Assembly: GCA_964452165.1 (NCBI GenBank)
Contig: CAYVKP010000001.1
Coordinates: 76,110 to 140,109, forward strand
Length of the DNA: 64,000 nt
Direction of reading: 5' to 3'
DNA from: an uncultured Gammaproteobacteria bacterium
GTDB taxonomy: Bacteria > Patescibacteriota > Microgenomatia > Levybacterales > GWA1-39-11
Below are positions 44,684-52,714 of this stretch, piece by piece (position 1 is the stretch's first letter; every line of letters begins with the position of its first letter). The position numbers and the translations under genes were made by a program. Under the pieces are notes generated by a model, which was not told the DNA's origin, ran no database searches, and was given only the letters and a program-made list of their open reading frames with translations.

Positions 44684-46123
44684 ATGAAAATAGGATTAAA
44701 ATTATTCTTTTGGTTCGTAATTTTTTTGGTAGGTTTTGGCTTTTATATTAAAAATGTTTCATTGCTTGATCCCGACTTTGGTTGGCATCTTCACTTAGGG
44801 CAGTTAATTTTAAAGTCCGGAATACCAAAATTGGATCCCTTCTCATACACTATGCCCTCATTCCCATTTATAGATCATGAGTGGTTATCAAACGTAATAA
44901 TCTATCTAGTTTATTCCAAGAGCCAGTTTGTTTTAAATATAATTTTTGCAATCTTTACAACAGCAACGTTTATAATTCAATTTCCAAAGAAGAATAAGTG
45001 GTTGGCGATTCCGTTTTTCTTACTTTCTTGCGCCTCGATTGTAATTTTTTCAGGAGTTCGTGTACAGGTTGTCTCATGGTTTTTGTTCTCGGTGTTGTTA
45101 AAAATAATTTTTGATGAAAGTCTTTGGAAAAAATGGCGAATCACGGTTCCCTTACTGGTTGTTATTTGGGCAAATCTCCACGGCGGTTTTGCAATCGCCA
45201 TTTTTCTTTTAGGAATCTTTTTGTTCTCGAGGATTTTCTTAAAAAAGATTGATAAATGGGATTTTGCGGTTTTCTTAGCATCAATTGCTGCAACTTTTGT
45301 AAATCCATATGGAGCAAGACTTTGGTCTGAGGTTTTGTCTTCAGTGACAGACACGAGTCTTCGTTTTGAAATTCAAGAATGGCTTCCTGGAGTGCTCATA
45401 TTTAATGTCCCCCTTGTTGTTCTCGTTTCTATCATTTTGGGACTTGGTTCGTCGCTTTATAAAAAACTTACTTTTACCCAAATTGGAATTTTTATAGTAT
45501 TTCTTCTGCTCGCAGCATCAAGTATTCGTCATACACCTTTCTTTATAATAATTGCATTTTGTTTTTCAACTCAGCTTTTCACTCTCTTTTATTCGGGTAT
45601 CAAGAAAGCCGAACAAAAAAAACGTTTTGATAAATTTAATATTGGTCTCTTTTTAATCGCGGGATTCTTATTTATATACGCATTTTATAATTCGGCAATT
45701 CATAATCCTCATTCGGTAGAAAAATTTTATCCTACCAAGGACGCAGTAGGGTATATGTCTAAAAATGCAAAAGAAAGCCAAATTTTTGCTTTGTACAACT
45801 GGGGTGGATATTTAATATGGAAACTGCCTTCCAAAAAAGTTTTCATTGATGGAAGAATGCCTTCCTGGCGATTTAAAGCGCCCGTCGGACAGGCAGACTC
45901 AGCCTTAAAAGAATACGACAGTATTGTGACGGGAGACGCCGACTACAAAGTTTTTTTTGATAAATATAAAATTGCGTGGGCGATTCTTGATAAGCCCTGT
46001 CCCCAAAACAGATTATTTCTGTGTCAAAGATTGTTACATGATGGCTGGAGCAGGGTATATGAGGATAAGGTTTCCATCATTTACAAAAAGCCAATACTTA
46101 ATGGGTCACTGCGCCGTTTGTAA
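44684..46123 (+). CDS. polytopic membrane protein (about 11 TM plus C-terminal soluble domain), GT-C-fold-like putative glycosyltransferase
   Basis: First-loop motif DPDFGWHLHLGQLILKSG followed by many TM helices and a roughly 130-aa C-terminal domain, the layout of ArnT/PglL-type enzymes. Assignment is weak. Confidence 0.4.
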   Translation: MKIGLKLFFWFVIFLVGFGFYIKNVSLLDPDFGWHLHLGQLILKSGIPKLDPFSYTMPSFPFIDHEWLSNVIIYLVYSKSQFVLNIIFAIFTTATFIIQFPKKNKWLAIPFFLLSCASIVIFSGVRVQVVSWFLFSVLLKIIFDESLWKKWRITVPLLVVIWANLHGGFAIAIFLLGIFLFSRIFLKKIDKWDFAVFLASIAATFVNPYGARLWSEVLSSVTDTSLRFEIQEWLPGVLIFNVPLVVLVSIILGLGSSLYKKLTFTQIGIFIVFLLLAASSIRHTPFFIIIAFCFSTQLFTLFYSGIKKAEQKKRFDKFNIGLFLIAGFLFIYAFYNSAIHNPHSVEKFYPTKDAVGYMSKNAKESQIFALYNWGGYLIWKLPSKKVFIDGRMPSWRFKAPVGQADSALKEYDSIVTGDADYKVFFDKYKIAWAILDKPCPQNRLFLCQRLLHDGWSRVYEDKVSIIYKKPILNGSLRRL

Positions 46124-46442
46124 CACCTACGGCAGATGTTATAAAGTTTACTATAACCAAAGATAACGCCATGATTATAATCCCCAAAATTGAATAGACG
46201 ATAATTCTTCTTGCATGGTCAAGTTTTTCCTTATCTCCCTTAGATTGTAACCAGTAAAAGCCGCCATAAGTCATATAAATTAAAGAAAGAATTACTCCAA
46301 TGACCATTGCAACCTCAACGAATTTTGTGGCAAGTGAGGAGATTGTGAATTCCGCACCATGTGGAATTCCTGCAGGCGGGTGAATTTCAATTGATGACGT
46401 GCCATCTCCGGTTGGAACTTTCAAAGAAATAAGACCTCTCAT
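46098..46442 (-). CDS. TrbC/VirB2-like mini-pilin (paralog C)
   Basis: Core GGFYWLQSKGDKEKLDHARRIIVYSILGIIIMALSLVIV. Confidence 0.6.
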   Translation of the reverse strand: MRGLISLKVPTGDGTSSIEIHPPAGIPHGAEFTISSLATKFVEVAMVIGVILSLIYMTYGGFYWLQSKGDKEKLDHARRIIVYSILGIIIMALSLVIVNFITSAVGVTNGAVTH

Positions 46443-48127
46443 CTTGACAATCCTGGAATCTTAAGAATATCGACTCCAACTATCTCAAGTATAACAATCG
46501 AAAGAATTATAAACAACAATCCTACTATCGCCGCGGTTATTGTTTCCCTGGCTCCTGCAAGTTTTTCCTTATCTCCCCGAGATATCATAAGTAAGTAACC
46601 CGAGTAGATGATTATGATGATTGCTCCAAATCCTGCCAATGTTAGTATGAAGCCAAACATAGTTTCAATAAAACCCTTAAATGAACTGACATCAATGTTT
46701 CCTATAGCCGTATTTATTGATTTACAGTTAAGTGTCGAATTTTTGGTACGAATAGGATTACTTCCGTTTCCGCAAGGGAGTCCTACGGCCAGATCCTTCT
46801 TGTTAAGAGCTGCAAGCTCTTTCAGAAATGCCTTGTATTCTTCTCCTTGGGGATCCTTTCCGTCCTGAGGGTTTGTACAAGATCCCCCCGCTTTATTAGC
46901 AGGGCTTACGCCGCAAGTTATTTGATAGTATGTAAATCCGCCCTGACATGTATTAATAAAGGTATTATCGATGTCGTTTATTGTCCTAACGCCGAATTTT
47001 CCTACGTCTATAGCTTTTTGTATAGGGTAAATGATTGGCCTGAGCGCTTGTTTCGCAATATCAACTGCAAAATCTTTAGGGTGGGTGAAATCGTGTGCTA
47101 AGTCGCCAATCACACCAGTAACTTTTTTAACTACGTGCAGGGGATTTGGATCAAACCCAAGAAGTCCTCCTCCTCCGCCTCCACCACCACCCGTATCACC
47201 GCTTTTTAAGGCACCGCCCAGAGTATCGGGTTCATTTATCTGTTCTTTTATTAAAATCGTGTATACACCGGCGTCAGTAATTCCTCCAAAGGGTTGAGCT
47301 TGTCCAATGTCTATACACCCCTCACTGTCGTAGCCGCCTTCTCCTCCCTGAACCAGTACTTGATAATTATTCCTTTTTTCTCCTCCTCCTTTGGATCGGC
47401 CTGAAATAGTGACCTTGAAGGTGTTTATTGGAGCGACAAGGCTTTGATTTGGCTCAACGCTTACGGTGGGATAATATTTGGTCACATAGAATCCACCATT
47501 CTTAACAGGTTGGTATTTATCGCCTTGAGCGGCTTTTTTGACGACGCTGAAATTATACATTTGTCCACCCTGAAACCAATTCTCCTTATCTGGTCCACAT
47601 CCCTCGATCTTTAAATTATCTCCGTCTCCACAAACTCTGAAGCGTACATCTCCCTCTTCGTCTGCTTGACTCCCATCATCCGTTAATACGCTGTCGTCGG
47701 ATATCTTGCCCGTTCCAAAACAGTTATCGTCTCCCGTACAAATGAAATATTTTGTTCCCGGATTTAAATTGTGGAATGTAATATCTACGCAGGGTAGTGA
47801 TTCATCAATGCTCAAGAAGTTGGGGTTAGTTGTAAAGTCGCTATCGCCTTGGGTATCCTGTGCAAGTGCCAAGTCGGCCGACGTAAGAGGTATTCCATTT
47901 CCACAAGGGCTTGTTGGGGCCGCGGTTGGCGAGGGGGTAGTTTGGCCCGCGGGATTTTGTGCAGGTGTTTGGGGAGTGGTGTTTTGACCGGAGCCATTGG
48001 GTGACGTGGTTTGACCAAGGGGGTTGGGAGTAGTTTGAGCATAGCCGGTGCCTGAAAAAGAAGAGAAAAAGACAAAAAGAATTGAGGATACAAAAATGAA
48101 CTGTAGAATAACTCTCAAGATCTTCAC
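46439..48127 (-). CDS. secreted Pro/Thr- and Gly-rich surface protein carrying a C-terminal VirB2-like pilin module (paralog D)
   Basis: Signal peptide, poly-Gly tract GGGGGGGGGLLG, many Cys, C-terminus YSGYLLMISRGDKEKLAGARETITAAIVGLLFIILSIVIL. Confidence 0.6.
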   Translation of the reverse strand: MKILRVILQFIFVSSILFVFFSSFSGTGYAQTTPNPLGQTTSPNGSGQNTTPQTPAQNPAGQTTPSPTAAPTSPCGNGIPLTSADLALAQDTQGDSDFTTNPNFLSIDESLPCVDITFHNLNPGTKYFICTGDDNCFGTGKISDDSVLTDDGSQADEEGDVRFRVCGDGDNLKIEGCGPDKENWFQGGQMYNFSVVKKAAQGDKYQPVKNGGFYVTKYYPTVSVEPNQSLVAPINTFKVTISGRSKGGGEKRNNYQVLVQGGEGGYDSEGCIDIGQAQPFGGITDAGVYTILIKEQINEPDTLGGALKSGDTGGGGGGGGGLLGFDPNPLHVVKKVTGVIGDLAHDFTHPKDFAVDIAKQALRPIIYPIQKAIDVGKFGVRTINDIDNTFINTCQGGFTYYQITCGVSPANKAGGSCTNPQDGKDPQGEEYKAFLKELAALNKKDLAVGLPCGNGSNPIRTKNSTLNCKSINTAIGNIDVSSFKGFIETMFGFILTLAGFGAIIIIIYSGYLLMISRGDKEKLAGARETITAAIVGLLFIILSIVILEIVGVDILKIPGLSR

Positions 48128-48168
48128 TTATTAATGATAGTCAGAAGTAAAGCACATTGTCAAACAAA

Positions 48169-49470
48169 TTATTTACTAAATTTATAGCCCCGGCCTTTTA
48201 CGGTTTGAATGAAACGGGGATTCTCAGGATCATCTTCGATTTTTCGACGCAGTCTATAAATTATTTGATCGAGTGCTTGGTCCGTGACTCCTTCCTGGGT
48301 TTGGTTATCCTTCCAGACCCCTGTGATTATCTCGTCTTTCTCGGAAATTTTGTCTGCGTTTGTCATAAGGAATTTTAACAGTCTAAACTCTGAGGGGGTA
48401 AGTTTCTCGGTTAAGTTTTCTTGTCCTTTCATGATCTCATTTTTCTCAGGATCATATTTTAATTCGCCAGCAACCTCTTTCGGTCGCTTGTTAACGAACG
48501 AAACAAATAAGGGAATCGTTATTTTCCCCCCGCTTGTCAGATTTAATTTCTCAAGATTTTCATTTTTCGTTTCGCTTCTTATGTCTTTTTGTTCTTCGGG
48601 AGTCAGGAAATTCCATATTTCAAAAAGAGCAGCCTTTACCTGAGTGTTAGAGATTAAAAATTCCTCTAAATCTTTAGATCTATCTTCTGCAAGAACCGCC
48701 TCGTAAGAAACTTTTGCAAGCTTTCCATGTCCACCCGTAAGTGTTTCAACCTCATTTCTCACTTTTTCAGAAGCTTTTTTACCGGTAATCTCCTCAAGGT
48801 GAGAAAATCTGAAGGTAAGGCCAACGGGGTCTTTAATAGGTAGAAAGATTGTGTTGCCCACAAGGAGTTCATAAAATTCAGAGTAGAGCGGGAGTTCAAG
48901 TGTGTCTTCAATTGGACGGCTTACTGCAAAAACAGCAAGGAAATTGTATTTAACCCGGTTTCTTAAAATTCTTAAGTTTAGGAAAAACTTAGAATCCACA
49001 TTCGGAATATAATCTTCGAATCGGTCGAAAAGAAAAACCAAAAAGTATCCCTTGTCTTTGACTAGAAAATCTACAGTCTTTTTAAGCGCCTGAAAGAGTA
49101 TCAGCTCATCTTGAAAATTTACAACTTCTGCCAGATACTCGTTGACCGTATTTTGTGCTTCAGTTAGTCTTCTCTCGCCTAGGGAATAGGAGACTGAGAT
49201 CAGGATGAACTTTACAATCTCAAACAAACTTCTGCCCCGGACTTCCGAGAAGTCCATATATATAAAGTGAAAGCTAGGCTCATCTGTACCCAGGTGAAGT
49301 TCTCGTACCTTCCTGTTATATGGTAGTAGACGCAAGGCGTTACTTTTTCCAACACCGGGGATTCCAACCACCTGGCAAGATGCGCCCGTGCGTAGAATTT
49401 TGATCATTTCTGATATTTCTGCTTCACGCGTGTTGGGTGGGTAGAGAGCCTCAAAATGGTTGGGTTCCAT
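48169..49470 (-). CDS. P-loop NTPase fused to a C-terminal OmpR/PhoB-type winged-helix DNA-binding domain
   Basis: Walker A GIPGVGKSN. C-terminus TPSEFRLLKFLMTNADKISEKDEIITGVW...RLRRKIEDDPENPRFIQTVKGRGYKF (trans_reg_C). Confidence 0.65.
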   Translation of the reverse strand: MEPNHFEALYPPNTREAEISEMIKILRTGASCQVVGIPGVGKSNALRLLPYNRKVRELHLGTDEPSFHFIYMDFSEVRGRSLFEIVKFILISVSYSLGERRLTEAQNTVNEYLAEVVNFQDELILFQALKKTVDFLVKDKGYFLVFLFDRFEDYIPNVDSKFFLNLRILRNRVKYNFLAVFAVSRPIEDTLELPLYSEFYELLVGNTIFLPIKDPVGLTFRFSHLEEITGKKASEKVRNEVETLTGGHGKLAKVSYEAVLAEDRSKDLEEFLISNTQVKAALFEIWNFLTPEEQKDIRSETKNENLEKLNLTSGGKITIPLFVSFVNKRPKEVAGELKYDPEKNEIMKGQENLTEKLTPSEFRLLKFLMTNADKISEKDEIITGVWKDNQTQEGVTDQALDQIIYRLRRKIEDDPENPRFIQTVKGRGYKFSK

Positions 49471-49573
49471 AATATTTATTCTACTATTTTTACAGCCAAG
49501 GCGCCATTTATAGCTTTTTTGTTAGGTTGCTGGGAGGCAAATATCAAGTTCAAGGCAGCTTTAGGTTGTAAAC

Positions 49574-52500
49574 TTGCCGCATATGAATGAGAATTTGACA
49601 CCTAACAAACCTGTAGCGTATCCTTTAAATAGGCCTATGGCTGAAAATACAGCAGATAATTTACCCGCAACTCCTCCTACAGAGGTGAAAGGTTCTGATG
49701 AGGAGCAAGTAGTCGTTGTTGAATCAAGGGATAATGTTCAAAACGGCAAGACTGAGGATAGGGGGACCAACGGATCCAAAAAGGACGAGGAAACACGTAC
49801 TCAAAGGGAGACACGACAAGGCAGAAACAAGCCTACTCCTAAAGAGGCTGAGGAAATCCTAGAAACCTATAAAAAGATCTACGAAAGAGAGTTCAAAAAG
49901 AAGTACGAAGACTTAGACATAGAAACAAGGGAGGCTATTGAAAAAAGGATCGAAGAAGGTAAGCCACCTAACCCTATGGGTGGAGCAAACGAACACGAAG
50001 ACCATGATGAAGAACACGAGGAGCATGGTGGCGGAGGAAATGGGCCTAGAAACACTTATGAAAGAGCCAGGGATATTATGCGGGAATCAAAATATGGCGC
50101 TCAATATACAGCCTTTGTTAATGCTCTTAGAAATGGTGATATGCGTTCTGCATCAAGTCTCCATGATGAAGCGGCGCACGAACTATCTACAGAGCTCACC
50201 GCTGTTGAAGAAAGAATAATAGATGCTCAGAATAATCCTGACCCGGCAGATATTGTGAAAAGAAACGACATAACTAACCTTTTAGGTGAAATGGCTGGAA
50301 TAAAAAGAGAAATTACACCTGCTCCCCCGGTCGATAAACTTCACATAAAGGCTGAAGAACTCATAAGCAAAAGAGAAAGAGGAGAAGAGTGGACCGCTCA
50401 TGACAGAGAAGAAGTTATAGAGTACATAGAAGAAATGAATCCGGCCGGGTATCAAGTAGACGAAGGCGATATTGATTTTATTGCAAGAGACGATGAGTTT
50501 TCTGAAAGATATCTTGACCTTCTCTTAAGTTTGCCTGAAAGCCAACCTAGATCTGGTTACCATTTGGGCTTTCACGAAGGAAATAATCTTGAAGCTTTCA
50601 TGCACAAAGTAAAAGAACACGATCCAAAACGCCTTCAAAGATATTCAGATGAGAGAGGAATGCGTCAGAACTTTCACGAGATGCGCCGTTACATGCTTGT
50701 TGGAAATATCCGTGACTTTTCAACTGTGGCAAGAGATATTCCCGATACTTATATACAAGCAGCAACAGATTATGTAGGTGTGAACTCTGTTCAAAGATTT
50801 TATGATACGGTTTTCAAAGAAGCCATGGCAAAAAAACAGACAATCTCGCCTCAAGACTTCAAGCATATAGAAGAAAGACTCGAAAAATTATTCCGAGATG
50901 CTAATGAGTCTGGGGTTTTTAATATTGAACAGAAGGGTGAGGATGGAAATCCTCTCAGAGATGAACATGGAAATATTGCCACCAGGGCACTTCGCGAATG
51001 GGAAATAAATAGAGCAATTAATGTGGGTAGAAACTTCAGCGCAATCAAGCTTAGACTTCCAGAGCTAATATCTGTAGGGGAAATTCCCAGCAACTTTGGA
51101 ACCCCATCGGTCCCTGAAACTTTTGTCTCATTTGACTATGAAAGTGCCGTAAGATTTCTTAATCCATTAAGGTTCTTGGGCTCAAAGTTTGGAATAGGAG
51201 CAGTCAGGGGAGGCCAGGAATATCTTAAAAAACTTTTCATAGAGATTGATGCACAAAAAAATAGCCAAGCTAAATTTACCAAGCTTTTTGGTATTGATCG
51301 CAAGAATTATGAGCGATCAGCCCCCTTTGGTAATACCAGCTTTGACTCGGGCTGGCGTATACCTCAGGCAAACCTTAACGTCTTTAAAATTATGGCAAGA
51401 GTAAGAGACGAGAAAATATATGACGAGGTTGACAATAAAGAAATGATACTTAAAGTTTATGATCCAACACAAGCCGAGCAGGAAGTTGAGGCAGGTTATT
51501 ATATAGATCATCAGACAAGATACATCAGAGAGCTTAGAAAAAGAGGACTTAAAGACCCACAAATAAGCGCACAGTATGATCACAATGCAGCCATAAAACA
51601 AGCCGTCGAGAAATTACCCTTTTATCGAGGATTTTTGGCTTCTTACGGTAATGTTCCTATTGAAGCAAAAGTAGAGGCATGGAAGAAAATTGCCGAAGAT
51701 ATGCCAAACCAAGTTATGATGATTTTAAAGGGTAATGCCAGCTTTGATGCTTTAAAAGCGTCTCAGGGAATGACTGAAGAAAAAATGGAAACCCTTCAAA
51801 GAAAGCTTGCGTTATATCAAGAGCTGAGACTGCAAGCCCAAATGAGAGAAACTAAGCTTCGTGATGATGGTAGTCCAATTGATCCCACAGCCGGTATAAC
51901 CGAAAAAGATCCTAATGACCCCGAGGGTCACAGAAGAATCATCAGAAACGTAACTCTCAATGAAATAATTACCAGCAATCCAATTCATGGGGACAACAGC
52001 TTGTCACCTGACGAATTAAGATTCATTGATGCGATGAAAACGTGGATGGGACACGATATGCAGGAGGGTGGCGGCACCGTCTACAAAAATCTTGCCGAGG
52101 TTAAGTGGCCAATAAACCCTATAAATGAAGACTTTGCATATGAAACCGCTGACTATACCAGAACTGGAGCTGAGGTATTCAGACGCCGAATTGGAGGAGA
52201 TGCAGTAGCGCTTTATCAAGCCGCTGAAGAGGTAATTCCTATCTTGCGAAATCCCAATATGGCGTTTGAGACTTACATTGAGCATATGCAAAAAGCAGCT
52301 GATGCAATAGATACTCCTCATGGATATGAGGCAGCGCAAAACATGCTTTTCACCTTCCACAAGACCAAGCTGGATTTTACAAGAAAAGACAAAATATGGG
52401 AAAGCTTACCCGGAATCGATGAAGCGGCATCATATTTTGGAGTACCGGTTTCTGAGGCTCAGAGATGGTTTGGAAAAAATGGGGCAGCCTATGATACCTT

Positions 52501-52714
52501 CCAGACACGTGCGTTAATAGAGCAGTTGGTAGGTGCAGGTCTTATAAGACGTCACAAGGAGATTGGCGAAGATAAGCCTCAAATTGACAAGTTAAGAAAA
52601 GCGTTAAGAGCCACACTCCCTGACATTTTAGTAAAGAGAATTCCAATAGGGGGCATATTTATTCTTTTGATAATTATCTCGGAGTTTACAAAGAGGGCGC
52701 TTAAAGAAAAATAA
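49574..52714 (+). CDS. giant (1046 aa) mostly alpha-helical hypothetical protein with a His/Glu-rich patch and a C-terminal TM anchor
   Basis: HEDHDEEHEEHGGGGNG; C-terminal IPIGGIFILLIIISEF; no domain recognised. Confidence 0.6.
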   Translation: MPHMNENLTPNKPVAYPLNRPMAENTADNLPATPPTEVKGSDEEQVVVVESRDNVQNGKTEDRGTNGSKKDEETRTQRETRQGRNKPTPKEAEEILETYKKIYEREFKKKYEDLDIETREAIEKRIEEGKPPNPMGGANEHEDHDEEHEEHGGGGNGPRNTYERARDIMRESKYGAQYTAFVNALRNGDMRSASSLHDEAAHELSTELTAVEERIIDAQNNPDPADIVKRNDITNLLGEMAGIKREITPAPPVDKLHIKAEELISKRERGEEWTAHDREEVIEYIEEMNPAGYQVDEGDIDFIARDDEFSERYLDLLLSLPESQPRSGYHLGFHEGNNLEAFMHKVKEHDPKRLQRYSDERGMRQNFHEMRRYMLVGNIRDFSTVARDIPDTYIQAATDYVGVNSVQRFYDTVFKEAMAKKQTISPQDFKHIEERLEKLFRDANESGVFNIEQKGEDGNPLRDEHGNIATRALREWEINRAINVGRNFSAIKLRLPELISVGEIPSNFGTPSVPETFVSFDYESAVRFLNPLRFLGSKFGIGAVRGGQEYLKKLFIEIDAQKNSQAKFTKLFGIDRKNYERSAPFGNTSFDSGWRIPQANLNVFKIMARVRDEKIYDEVDNKEMILKVYDPTQAEQEVEAGYYIDHQTRYIRELRKRGLKDPQISAQYDHNAAIKQAVEKLPFYRGFLASYGNVPIEAKVEAWKKIAEDMPNQVMMILKGNASFDALKASQGMTEEKMETLQRKLALYQELRLQAQMRETKLRDDGSPIDPTAGITEKDPNDPEGHRRIIRNVTLNEIITSNPIHGDNSLSPDELRFIDAMKTWMGHDMQEGGGTVYKNLAEVKWPINPINEDFAYETADYTRTGAEVFRRRIGGDAVALYQAAEEVIPILRNPNMAFETYIEHMQKAADAIDTPHGYEAAQNMLFTFHKTKLDFTRKDKIWESLPGIDEAASYFGVPVSEAQRWFGKNGAAYDTFQTRALIEQLVGAGLIRRHKEIGEDKPQIDKLRKALRATLPDILVKRIPIGGIFILLIIISEFTKRALKEK

